Shown here one piece after another: positions 1 to 8,750 of a stretch of 64,000 bases of DNA (within the stretch, counting starts at the first letter, position 1; every line of letters begins with the position of its first letter). Source of the stretch: Actinomycetes bacterium. Its GTDB lineage: Bacteria; Actinomycetota; Thermoleophilia; Gaiellales; Gaiellaceae. The notes under the pieces are model-generated. The model saw only the letters and a list, made by a program, of their open reading frames with translations. It searched no databases and was not told the origin of the DNA. A program made the translations under genes and the position numbers. The stretch spans positions 7,957 to 71,956 of the forward strand of contig JAOPYY010000005.1 in NCBI GenBank assembly GCA_025964395.1. The letters are read 5' to 3'.

Positions 1-1325
1 TGGCGCTCGCGCTCTTCCTGCTGATCCAGCACACCGGCAAGCTCGGCTATGCGGAGGTCTTCGCCACGAGCCCGCACGGCGGCACCGTCGCGAACCTGAT
101 CGCGCTCGGCCTGCTCGGCGGCGCCCTCGCGAAGTCGGCGCAGCTCCCGCTGCACACGTGGCTCCCGGACGCGATGGAGGGCCCGACGCCGGTCAGCGCG
201 CTGATCCATGCCGCCACGATGGTCACGGCAGGCGTCTACCTGATCGTGCGCTGCCACCCACTGTTCGAGAATGCGTACGTGATCCAGGATCTCGCCGCGG
301 GCCTCGGCGCGGCGACGCTGCTGATGGCGGGGCTGATCGCGCTCGTGCAGACCGACATCAAGCGCGTGATCGCGTACTCGACGATGTCGCAGATCGGCTA
401 CATGTTCGTCGGCGCAGGACTGGGCGCGTACCCGAACGCGATGTTCCACCTCATGACACACGCGTTCTTCAAGGCGCTGCTCTTCATGGCCGCCGGGCTC
501 GCGATCCACGCGGTCGTCGGCGAGCAGGACATCCGCAAGCTCGCCGGGATCGGAAAGCTGATGCCGTTCACGAAGGTCGTCTTCCTGATCGGCTCGCTCG
601 CGCTCGTCGGCATCCTCCCGTTCGCCGGCTTCTTCTCGAAGGACTCGATCCTCGCCTCTGCACTCGCGCGCGGCTGGTTCGGCGACACGCTGTTCGTGGT
701 CGGGATCATCGGCACGTTCCTCACCGGCGTCTACGCGTTCCGGCTGTTCTTCATCGTCTTCACCGGGGAGCCGTCCGCGTTCGCACGTGAGCACTTCCAC
801 TCACACCACGGCAAAGAGGGCCCGCTCTCGATGCGCTGGACCGTCGGCGTGCTCGCAGTGCTTTCCGTGATCGGCGGCTTCCTGCAGTTCGCGCCGCTCT
901 GGCATCCGCTAACGACGTGGCTCGAACCGGTCGCCCGGCCGATCGCGGAGCCGACGAACACGCAGGAGTACCTGGCCTCGGCGATCGCGATCCTTGCGGG
1001 AGCGGCGGGCATCTTCGTCGCGTGGACGATCTATGCCGCGAAGCGCGTCAAGGCGCCGCGTGCGGTGAAGCTGTTCGAGCAGAAGTTCTATTGGGACGAG
1101 CTCTACGACGTCGTCTGGTACCGCAGCGCCGATCTGCTGACGCGCGGTCTGTACGCCTTCGTCGAGCGCCCGCTGATCGCCGGCTCGATCAGCGCGGTGA
1201 CCGGCGCAGTCGGACTCGGCTCGCGCGAGCTCTCCGTCGCGCAGAACGGGCTCGTGCGCACCTACGCCCTCGCGCTCGCAAGCGGGCTCGCCGTCCTCAC
1301 CGTCGTCTTCCTGGCGGCCCGCTGA
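1..1325 (+). CDS. nuoL: NADH-quinone oxidoreductase subunit L, C-terminal part (5' end lies outside the window)
   Basis: The frame is open from the window edge (same frame as ORF 174..1325). The motif LPLHTWLPDAMEGPTPVSALIHAATMVTAGVYL is typical of NuoL/ND5. nuoM and nuoN follow. Confidence 0.9.
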   Translation, partial: ALALFLLIQHTGKLGYAEVFATSPHGGTVANLIALGLLGGALAKSAQLPLHTWLPDAMEGPTPVSALIHAATMVTAGVYLIVRCHPLFENAYVIQDLAAGLGAATLLMAGLIALVQTDIKRVIAYSTMSQIGYMFVGAGLGAYPNAMFHLMTHAFFKALLFMAAGLAIHAVVGEQDIRKLAGIGKLMPFTKVVFLIGSLALVGILPFAGFFSKDSILASALARGWFGDTLFVVGIIGTFLTGVYAFRLFFIVFTGEPSAFAREHFHSHHGKEGPLSMRWTVGVLAVLSVIGGFLQFAPLWHPLTTWLEPVARPIAEPTNTQEYLASAIAILAGAAGIFVAWTIYAAKRVKAPRAVKLFEQKFYWDELYDVVWYRSADLLTRGLYAFVERPLIAGSISAVTGAVGLGSRELSVAQNGLVRTYALALASGLAVLTVVFLAAR

Positions 1326-1341
1326 TGTTGGAGGAACACCG

Positions 1342-2931
1342 TTGCACTGGCTGACGACGATCCTGATCTTCCTCCCGGTCGCGGGCGCGCTCGTCGTCGG
1401 CGCATTGCCGTTGCCGCGCTACTGGGTCGGCTCGCTCGCGTCGTTGATCTCGCTCGTCGAGGTCGGCGTGTGGATCACCACCGCGACGAAGTTCGACTTC
1501 GGCAGTGCATCGCTGCAATTCAGCCAACGACGTTCGTGGGTCAGCGACCTGAACATCAGCTATCACGTCGGCCAGTACGCGTTCTCGGTCTGGCTCGTGG
1601 GCGTGACGACCGTCGTGATGGCCGCGTGCGTGATCTACGGCTGGTGGGTCGGCCGCGAACGGGCGCGGGCGTACTTCTCGCTGATGCTGCTGCTGACGGG
1701 CGCGGTCGTCGGCGTCTTCACCGCACAGGACCTGCTCCTCTTCTACGCGTTCTTCGAGGCGATGCTGATCCCGCTCTACATCCTGATCGGCGTGTGGGGC
1801 GGCGCGGAGCGGCTGCGCGCGACGCTGACGTTCGTCATCTACACCGTCGTCGGCTCGCTGCTGATGCTCGCGTCGATCGTCGCCTACGGGCTGCAGCAGG
1901 GCACCTTCGACCTCACAAAGATCGGGCCCAGCAACTCAACCTGGCTCTTCCTCGGCTTCGTCGCCGCATTCGCGATCAAGTCGCCGCTCTTCCCGCTCCA
2001 CGGCTGGCTGCCCGCCACGTACCGCGAGTCGCCGCCCGAGGTGTCGGCGGTGCTCTCGGGCATCGTTTCCAAAGCGGGTCTCTACGGCCTGCTGCGGATC
2101 GCGATCCCGAAGTTCCCCGAGGTCGTCGCCGACTGGCGCGTCGTGCTGCTCGTCCTCGCTTCGATCTCGCTCGTCTACGGGTCGCTGCTCGCATGGCGCG
2201 CACCGGACTTTCGCGGTGTCGTCATGTACTCGTCGCTCGCGCAGTCGGGCCTGATCGTGCTCGGGCTGCTCGCGAACAACGACCTCGGCCTCGACGGCGC
2301 GGTCCTGCAGATGGTCAACCACGCGCTGATGTCATCGGCGCTCTTCCTGCTCGCGGGCATGGTCGAACGGCGCACCTCGACCGGCGAGTTCGCACTGCTC
2401 GGCGGGATGGCGCGCGGACGGCCCGCCCTCGCGACCGTGATGATGACGGCCGGGATCATCTCGCTCGCCGTGCCACTCTCCACGTCATTCGCGGGTGAGT
2501 TCCTGATCCTTGCGGGGGCCTTCCAGCAGCACTGGGCCTGGGCCGTCATCGGCGCCGGGGCGATCCTGCTCGCGGCGATGTACATGCTGCGCGCGATCTC
2601 GGCCGTGCTGCACCAGGATGTCGGCCCCGCCGTGCCGGACTCGGCGCTCGATCTCCGCGGCGGCGAGCTGGCCGTCGTCGTGCCGCTCGTGCTCTGCCTG
2701 ATCGGGCTGAGCGCCTATCCGAACCTGATCTCCGGGCACGCGTTCGGCGGCAATCGCGCCATTACGCAGGTGATCACGCCCGGAGGCGGCTACCTGACGC
2801 CGACGATCGATCACGCTGCCCAGAGGGCAAACCTGACGACGTGCACGAAGTCGGGCAACCAGGGCTCATGCCAGACGGTCCTCGTCAGCGCCCCTAGCGG
2901 TACGACCACCTGGACGAGGTACGCACCGTGA
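1342..2931 (+). CDS. nuoM: NADH-quinone oxidoreductase subunit M
   Basis: 529-aa polytopic ORF with ND4-family motifs (FFEAMLIPLY, KSPLFPLHGWLP). Sits between nuoL and nuoN, with a 4-nt GTGA overlap with nuoN. Confidence 0.9.
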   Translation: MHWLTTILIFLPVAGALVVGALPLPRYWVGSLASLISLVEVGVWITTATKFDFGSASLQFSQRRSWVSDLNISYHVGQYAFSVWLVGVTTVVMAACVIYGWWVGRERARAYFSLMLLLTGAVVGVFTAQDLLLFYAFFEAMLIPLYILIGVWGGAERLRATLTFVIYTVVGSLLMLASIVAYGLQQGTFDLTKIGPSNSTWLFLGFVAAFAIKSPLFPLHGWLPATYRESPPEVSAVLSGIVSKAGLYGLLRIAIPKFPEVVADWRVVLLVLASISLVYGSLLAWRAPDFRGVVMYSSLAQSGLIVLGLLANNDLGLDGAVLQMVNHALMSSALFLLAGMVERRTSTGEFALLGGMARGRPALATVMMTAGIISLAVPLSTSFAGEFLILAGAFQQHWAWAVIGAGAILLAAMYMLRAISAVLHQDVGPAVPDSALDLRGGELAVVVPLVLCLIGLSAYPNLISGHAFGGNRAITQVITPGGGYLTPTIDHAAQRANLTTCTKSGNQGSCQTVLVSAPSGTTTWTRYAP

Positions 2932-4394
2932 TCAACAAGCCACACGTCGACTGGTTCGCGCTCTCCCCGTCGTTGGGGCTGATCGGCGTCTCCTTCGTGC
3001 TGCTGCTCGTGGCCGTCCTCGTGCCGAAGAACGCGCGCAAGCCTGTCGCGGCCTTCCTCGCCTTCGCGGGCTTCGTCGGCTCGTGCGCGCTCTCCGTGCT
3101 GCTCTACGACCGGAGCGCGCAGGCCGTCACGGCCGTCCACGACGCGATCTTCCGCGACCGCTGGTCGGCGCTCGCACAGGTGCTGCTTGCAGGCTCAGGC
3201 GCCGTCGCCGTGCTCATCTCCTACCGCGAGAAGATGCGCGAGGAGCACATCGCCGAGTACTACGCGCTGCTCACCGCTGCGGGTGCGGGGATGGCGTTCT
3301 TCGTGCAGGCGTCGAACCTGATGACTCTGTTCCTCGGGCTCGAGTGGTTCTCGATCGCGCTCTATGTGCTGACGGCGATCGACATCGACCTGATCGGATC
3401 GCTCGAGGCGGGCCTCAAGTACCTGATCGTCGGCGCGGTCGGCTCGGCGACGCTGCTCTTCGGCTCGGCCCTCGTCTACGGGACGACCGGCCAGCTGAGC
3501 TTCGACAAGATCGCGGCCGCGGGCCACGGGCATGACGTGATGCTCGTTGCCGGCCTCGCGATGGTGATCGCAGGCCTCGCGTTCAAGGCATCCGCGGCGC
3601 CGTTCCACATGTGGACGCCCGACGCGTACCAGGGCGCTCCGACCCCGGTAACCGCGTTCATGTCGTCGGCGACGAAGATCGCCGCGCTCGTCGTCACCTA
3701 CCGCGTCCTGACCACCGCGTTCCCGCACGACCAGCGGCTGTGGAGCGGCGCGATCGCGGGGATCGCGATCGCCTCGCTCGCGTGGGGGAACATCGGCGCG
3801 CTCGTGCAGCGGAACGTCAAGCGCCTCCTCGCGTACTCGTCGGTCTCGCACGCGGGCTTCATGCTGATCGGGATCGCCGCCGCGAACGCGCTCGGCGCGC
3901 GGGCGCTCATGTACTACCTGATCCCGTACGCGGCAATGTCCCTCGGCGCGTTCGCCGTCGTCGCGGCACGTGAGCGTGAGCTCGGCGTGCCCGTAACGCT
4001 CCACAACCTCGCAGGCTTCGGCTGGGAGCGGCCGGTCCTCGGCATCTCGATGTGGGTCTTCGTGCTCGGGATGCTCGGCTTCCCGCTGACGGGCGGTTTC
4101 TTCGGCAAGTTCTACGTCTTCGCCGCCGCGTACCGGCACGGCTGGTGGTGGCTGATCGTCGCGGGCGTGATCGCGACGATGATCTCGGCCTACTACTACC
4201 TCGGCATCGTGCGGGCGATGTACTTCCGCGAGTCAGCCGAGCTGCAACTGGCGCCGGCGGGCGGCGCGCCGAACCGGGAGCTTCTGCTGAGCGCCGGCGT
4301 GCTGATCTGCCTCGTCGTGACGGTCGGCTCGTTCTTCGCGGTGCAGCCGCTGATCGACGTCGCACGGCATGCGGCGAACGCACTGCCGCTGTAG
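2928..4394 (+). CDS. nuoN: NADH-quinone oxidoreductase subunit N
   Basis: 488-aa polytopic ORF with the ND2-family motif FKASAAPFHMWTPDAYQGAPTPVTAF. Last gene of the nuo run. Confidence 0.9.
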   Translation: MINKPHVDWFALSPSLGLIGVSFVLLLVAVLVPKNARKPVAAFLAFAGFVGSCALSVLLYDRSAQAVTAVHDAIFRDRWSALAQVLLAGSGAVAVLISYREKMREEHIAEYYALLTAAGAGMAFFVQASNLMTLFLGLEWFSIALYVLTAIDIDLIGSLEAGLKYLIVGAVGSATLLFGSALVYGTTGQLSFDKIAAAGHGHDVMLVAGLAMVIAGLAFKASAAPFHMWTPDAYQGAPTPVTAFMSSATKIAALVVTYRVLTTAFPHDQRLWSGAIAGIAIASLAWGNIGALVQRNVKRLLAYSSVSHAGFMLIGIAAANALGARALMYYLIPYAAMSLGAFAVVAARERELGVPVTLHNLAGFGWERPVLGISMWVFVLGMLGFPLTGGFFGKFYVFAAAYRHGWWWLIVAGVIATMISAYYYLGIVRAMYFRESAELQLAPAGGAPNRELLLSAGVLICLVVTVGSFFAVQPLIDVARHAANALPL

Positions 4395-4430
4395 TCCGTT
4401 GCGGACATGACCGGGGTCTGACCCCGGTGT
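4395..4430. repeat. REP-like intergenic repeat, copy 1 (two adjacent hairpins), immediately after the nuoN stop
   Basis: TCCGTTGCGGACATGACCGGGGTCTGACCCCGGTGT. It contains the small hairpin GTCCG/CGGAC and a GC-rich stem ACCGGGG/CCCCGGT with loop TCTGA. 31 of 36 positions match copy 2. Confidence 0.7.
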
Positions 4431-4499
4431 TGGCCCTGCGAGACGAGACCGACAATCCATGGCCGAACCGCCACGGCGCATGGTTGTGCGGCGGCGTTG

Positions 4500-4536
4500 T
4501 CCGTTCAGGACACGACCGGGGTCTGACCCCGGTCGT
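4500..4536. repeat. REP-like intergenic repeat, copy 2
   Basis: TCCGTTCAGGACACGACCGGGGTCTGACCCCGGTCGT. Perfect 10-bp stem ACGACCGGGG/CCCCGGTCGT with loop TCTGA. Lies 20 nt from the stop of the convergent minus-strand gene. Confidence 0.7.
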
Positions 4537-4556
4537 GGCTCGGAAGGACGTGGCGC

Positions 4557-4937
4557 TTAAGGCTTCGCGGTATGGAGCGCGACTCGGCGCAGCTGCGGCG
4601 CGACCGCGACGACCACCTTGATCGCGAGTACCGCGAGGCAGCCCACGAGCGCCGAGGCGCCGAGGGGCGGCAGGGCGTGCATCTCCGTCGCCGGAGAGCG
4701 TGCGGCGCAGGAGAGGACGAGCAGGGCGACCGCGAGCGTCCAGAGCAAGGCTTGCAGGCCCGCGACCGCGTTCTCGCGCCGCTCCAGGTACTCGCCGAAG
4801 CCGACGAGAGCGGAGACAGCGGCAAATGGGATCGCGCCGAGCAGCGCATCGAAGGCGAGGCCGTGGGCACCGCGCGCGTCGGCGAACGCCGCGACGACGA
4901 CTAGCAAGGCCGGTAGAACTCGACGTCCCACGGCCAC
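4557..4937 (-). CDS. hypothetical small membrane protein
   Basis: 126-aa ORF with 3-4 hydrophobic helices. Convergent with nuoN. No family recognised. Confidence 0.5.
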   Translation of the reverse strand: MAVGRRVLPALLVVVAAFADARGAHGLAFDALLGAIPFAAVSALVGFGEYLERRENAVAGLQALLWTLAVALLVLSCAARSPATEMHALPPLGASALVGCLAVLAIKVVVAVAPQLRRVALHTAKP

Positions 4938-5004
4938 CTAGCTTCGCCCTCGCTCGCGACGGTCCTTCTATGCTCACTTCGCTCTCGAGGACGAAAGGAT
5001 CGGC

Positions 5005-5691
5005 ATGGCGACTCTTACCTGGCTCGGCCACGCAGCGTTCCGGATCGACACTGACTCCGGTAAGCGGATCTACGTCGATCCGTTCCTGCAGAACAATCCC
5101 AAGACACCCGAAGGCGAGAAGCAGCCCGAGCGGGTCGACATCATCGCCGTCACACACGGCCACTCCGACCACGCGGGCGAGGTGCCCGCGCTGTCGAAGC
5201 AGTTCCCGGACGCGCAGATCGTCGCGCAGGTCGAGGTGAAGGGCTGGCTCGGCGCTCAGGGCGCGAACGTCGGCGAACTGCCCGGGATCAACAAGGGCGG
5301 CACACAGGAGATCGACGGCGTCAAATTCACGCTCGTCAACGCGTTCCACTCTTCGAGCGCCGACGACGGCACCTACACCGGCGAGTCGTGCGGAATCGTG
5401 ATTCGCTTTGACGGCACATCGCTGTACTTCGCCGGCGACACGTGCGTGTTCGGCGACATGCAGCTGATCGCGCGCCTCTATAAGCCGGACGTGGCGGTGC
5501 TGCCGATCGGCGACTGGTTCACGATGGGCCCCGACGAGGCAGCGCTCGCACTGGAACTGCTCGGCAACCCGCGTTGCGTGCCGTGCCACTGGGGCACGTT
5601 CGGGCTGCTCACGGGCACGCCGGACGCCCTCGCGTCCCTGACGAGCGCACAGGTCGAGCAGCTGGAGCCGGGAGATACGGTCGAGCTGTGA
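5005..5691 (+). CDS. UPF0173-type metal-dependent hydrolase (metallo-beta-lactamase fold)
   Basis: N-terminus MATLTWLGHAAFRI and an HGHSDH metal motif. AAAGGA lies 5 nt upstream of the ATG. Confidence 0.85.
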   Translation: MATLTWLGHAAFRIDTDSGKRIYVDPFLQNNPKTPEGEKQPERVDIIAVTHGHSDHAGEVPALSKQFPDAQIVAQVEVKGWLGAQGANVGELPGINKGGTQEIDGVKFTLVNAFHSSSADDGTYTGESCGIVIRFDGTSLYFAGDTCVFGDMQLIARLYKPDVAVLPIGDWFTMGPDEAALALELLGNPRCVPCHWGTFGLLTGTPDALASLTSAQVEQLEPGDTVEL

Positions 5692-5954
5692 GAGAACGTT
5701 GGTTCGGAGCAACGGGCCGGCGCGTCCCCGAGATCGCACTCGAGGGCGAGCTCGACATCGCAGAAGCGCTCGTGCTCGACACGCTCGACGACGAGGCGCT
5801 TCGCGAGGCTCACACGCAGGGACGACCCGTGGTCGTGCGCGCCTCGACCGCGGTCGAGGTGAAAGCCGCCCTCGCGCGGCCGGAGGTCGCCATGGCCCTG
5901 GTCACCGACCCGGCGCTGCTCGAGCTCGACTTGACGGAGCTGACGTATGGCTAG
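5688..5954 (+). CDS. hypothetical acidic protein (88 aa)
   Basis: The GTG start overlaps the upstream stop (GTGA) and the 3' end overlaps the next ATG. Third-codon positions are mostly G or C, as in neighbouring genes. No family recognised. Confidence 0.5.
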   Translation: MRERWFGATGRRVPEIALEGELDIAEALVLDTLDDEALREAHTQGRPVVVRASTAVEVKAALARPEVAMALVTDPALLELDLTELTYG

Positions 5955-6789
5955 CCCAATCGTCGCCACCTACTCGATCGCGGCCTGCGATCTCGAGGCC
6001 GGGCAGTGGGGCGTCGCGACCCAGTCGAAGTTCCTCGCGGTCGGCTCGGTCGTGCCGTGGGCCGTGCCGGGCGTGGGCGCTGTCGCGACCCAGGCCTACG
6101 CGAACCCGCGCTACGGCCCTGAAGGGCTCCAGCTGCTCGCAGACGGCCTCTCAGCCGCCGAGGTGGTCGCCCGCCTCACCGACGCGGACGCGGGGCGTGC
6201 AGACCGGCAGGTCGGCGTCGTCGACGCCCAGGGCGGCGGCGCCACGTACACGGGCTCCGATTGCATGGAGTGGGCCGGCGGCCTCGCCGGGCCCGGCTTC
6301 GCCGTACAGGGGAACATCCTCGTCGGCGAGGAGACGGTCGCAGCCCTCGCGACGACATTCACCGCCACCCACGGGCGCCCGCTTGCCGAGCGCCTGCTCG
6401 AGTGTCTCGCCGCCGCGCAGGCCGCGGGCGGCGACCGCCGCGGCCAGCAGTCGGCGGCCTTGCTCGTCGTGGAGAAGGACGGCGGCTACGCAGGCCTGAG
6501 CGATTCGCTCGTCGACCTCCGCGTCGACGACCACGCGCAGCCTGTCGCCGAGCTCGCGCGCCTGTATGAGATGCACTCACTGCTCTTTGGGAAGACGCCA
6601 CGCGACCGTTGGATCGACGTCGACGACGAATTGCGCGCGGAGCTGACCGACCGGCTCGGGCGCCTTGGCTACGACGGCGAGCTCGACCGCGCGCTCGGCG
6701 AGTGGTCGGGAACGGAGAACCTGGAAGAGCGCGTCGACGGCGTCGACAAGATCGATCCGGTCGTGCTCGAGGAGCTGCGGCGGCAATGA
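5947..6789 (+). CDS. DUF1028 family protein (Ntn-hydrolase fold) with C-terminal peptidoglycan-binding-like domain
   Basis: N-terminus TYSIAACD..GQWGVATQSKFLAVGSVVPWA is typical of DUF1028. The C-terminal LGRLGY..LDRAL..W helical repeat resembles the PG_binding_2 tail often fused to this family. Confidence 0.8.
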   Translation: MASPIVATYSIAACDLEAGQWGVATQSKFLAVGSVVPWAVPGVGAVATQAYANPRYGPEGLQLLADGLSAAEVVARLTDADAGRADRQVGVVDAQGGGATYTGSDCMEWAGGLAGPGFAVQGNILVGEETVAALATTFTATHGRPLAERLLECLAAAQAAGGDRRGQQSAALLVVEKDGGYAGLSDSLVDLRVDDHAQPVAELARLYEMHSLLFGKTPRDRWIDVDDELRAELTDRLGRLGYDGELDRALGEWSGTENLEERVDGVDKIDPVVLEELRRQ

Positions 6790-7466
6790 GCGGCACCGGC
6801 GTAGGCTCGACGGAGCCGGAAGAGAAGGGCTACGAGATCCTCTCCCTCGACGACCTTGACCGCGTCCCGTACCGGGGGAGCGGCGAGGTGCTGCGGCCCC
6901 TGCGCCGGCGGCTCGGCTTCCGGCCGTTCGGCGTCAACGTCTGGAGCGCCGAGGCGACCGGCGACAAGCTCATCCCGCCGCACGAGGAAGAGAGCGGGCA
7001 CGAGGAGCTCTACGTCGTCGTGCGCGGGACCGCGCGCTTCACGCTCGGCGAGGAAACGTTCGACGCACCGGCCGGGACACTCGTCCACGCGCCGCCGGGG
7101 ACGTTCCGCGTCGCGACCGCGGCCGAGCCCGGAACGATGGTCCTCGCCGCCGGCGGGAAGGCCGGCGAGGAGTTCGTGCCGCACGGCTGGGAGGACGTGC
7201 ACATGGCGTTCGCAAAGCTAGAGGCTGGTGACGCTGCAGCGGGCCGCGCAATCATGGAGGAGGCGCTGGCGGACGACCGAGAGCCCTGGGGCAGGCACTA
7301 CAACCTCGCCTGCTACCTGGCGCTCGCGGGCGAGACCGACGATGCGCTCGAACACTTGCGCACCGCCGTCGAGCTGGATCGCGGCAACGTGCTGAAGTGG
7401 CTCCCGGAGGACAGCGACCTCGACCCGCTGCGCGACGACGCACGCTTCAAGGAGCTCGCGTCATGA
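6786..7466 (+). CDS. cupin-domain protein with helical TPR-like C-terminal tail (paralog 1)
   Basis: The ATG at 6786 overlaps the upstream stop (ATGA). Cupin core PHEEESGHEELYVVVRGTARF. The tail HYNLACYLALAG..ALEHLRTAVELD resembles the next gene. Confidence 0.7.
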   Translation: MSGTGVGSTEPEEKGYEILSLDDLDRVPYRGSGEVLRPLRRRLGFRPFGVNVWSAEATGDKLIPPHEEESGHEELYVVVRGTARFTLGEETFDAPAGTLVHAPPGTFRVATAAEPGTMVLAAGGKAGEEFVPHGWEDVHMAFAKLEAGDAAAGRAIMEEALADDREPWGRHYNLACYLALAGETDDALEHLRTAVELDRGNVLKWLPEDSDLDPLRDDARFKELAS

Positions 7467-8089
7467 GCATCGCGCACATCGACGAGCTCGACCGGATCGA
7501 GATGCCCGACGGATTCGTCTGGCGCCCGATCCGCCGCCACTTCGACATCCGTGGGTTCGGCGTCAACGCGTATACCGCGCTGGAAGTCGGCGGCCTGATC
7601 GTCGAGCCGCACACGGAAGGACAGCTCAAGCACGAGGAGATCTATCTCGTGCTGCGCGGCCGCGCGCTCTTCACTGTCGACGGCAACGAGCACGAGCTTG
7701 GCGCGGGCCAGCTCGTCTTCGTCCGCGACCCGGAGCTCCACCGCGGCGCGGTTGCGCTCGAGGAGGACACCGTCGTGCTCGCGCTCGGCGGCAAGCCCGG
7801 CGAGGCGCACGTCGTCTCCGCGTGGGAGGCGATGTTCGCAGCCGTCCCGTTCTCACGAGAGGACAACTGGGACGAGGCGATCCGCATCCACGTCGAGGCG
7901 CTCGTCGAGCAACCGGAGCATCCTGCGCTGCTCTACAACCTCGCGTGCATGGAAGCGCGTGGCGGCCGGCACCTCGACGCGCTGTTGCACATCCAGCGCG
8001 CGGTCGAGCTCGATCCGAAATGGGCCGACTACGCGGCCAAGGACTCGGACTTCGCCGCGATCCGGAACGAGCCCGGCTTTCCCGCTTAG
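7463..8089 (+). CDS. cupin-domain protein with helical TPR-like C-terminal tail (paralog 2)
   Basis: ATGA overlap with paralog 1. Same architecture: cupin core PHTEGQLKHEEIYLVLRGRALF and tail LYNLACMEARGG..ALLHIQRAVELD. Confidence 0.7.
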   Translation: MSIAHIDELDRIEMPDGFVWRPIRRHFDIRGFGVNAYTALEVGGLIVEPHTEGQLKHEEIYLVLRGRALFTVDGNEHELGAGQLVFVRDPELHRGAVALEEDTVVLALGGKPGEAHVVSAWEAMFAAVPFSREDNWDEAIRIHVEALVEQPEHPALLYNLACMEARGGRHLDALLHIQRAVELDPKWADYAAKDSDFAAIRNEPGFPA

Positions 8090-8099
8090 TTCTTGAAGG

Positions 8100-8738
8100 C
8101 TAGTCGCCGTCGATGCCGGCGATGCCGGTGCCGCGGTCCTGCCAGTGGTCGACGAGCGGCAGCGTCGTCAGCGCCAGCATGAGCCCTACGGCGAGCGTTC
8201 CGGTGAGCACGAGCTGCCGCACGCGGCGCCCACTCAACGCGTCTCGATGCAACCAGTCGGCGGCGAGCAACGGCGGCAGCTTCAGTCCACGGGTGAGCAC
8301 GTGAATGGACATCGCCCCTAGCCAGACAAAGAAGCTCAGCTTGTGCAGATTGAGCAGCAGTCCTCTCTGGTCGAGCGCGGCCGCGGCGATGCCGGTCGCG
8401 ATCAGCGCGATCGTCGAGACGACGAGGACGGGCGCGACGATCATCCGGATGAGCACCGCCGGCGGCCCGCGGCGCACGTACTCCGCGCTGCGACGGTAAT
8501 AGCTCGTCATCCGCCAGCCGGTGCTTGCAAGCTTGAGCAGGACGAGCGGGATCAGCAGGAGCCCGAGGAAGATGTGTGGCCGGAGGAACTGCTTGACGCC
8601 GAGCAGGGTCAAGCCCTCGAGCGCCAGCACGACGAGCAGAACGGCCGCTGTGGCGGCTGTCAGCCGCTCGTTTCCGTCACTGCCGCCTCTGAGGAAACCG
8701 CGCGTCTGCATCTTCGACATCCGGGTATTGAAGCGCAT
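8100..8738 (-). CDS. hypothetical polytopic membrane protein
   Basis: 212-aa ORF with 4-5 predicted helices. No family recognised. Confidence 0.6.
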   Translation of the reverse strand: MRFNTRMSKMQTRGFLRGGSDGNERLTAATAAVLLVVLALEGLTLLGVKQFLRPHIFLGLLLIPLVLLKLASTGWRMTSYYRRSAEYVRRGPPAVLIRMIVAPVLVVSTIALIATGIAAAALDQRGLLLNLHKLSFFVWLGAMSIHVLTRGLKLPPLLAADWLHRDALSGRRVRQLVLTGTLAVGLMLALTTLPLVDHWQDRGTGIAGIDGD

Positions 8739-8750
8739 GTGACCTGACGA

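Noticed and set aside
3907-5739. 610-aa minus-strand ORF, and similar very long ORFs: 51314..53707, 20366..22204, 43112..44845, 54391..55950, 57908..59650.
   Set aside because: These are Arg/Ala/Pro-rich translations antisense to, or out of frame with, clearly recognisable genes. Some cross intergenic repeats. They are typical shadow ORFs of high-GC DNA with few stop codons.
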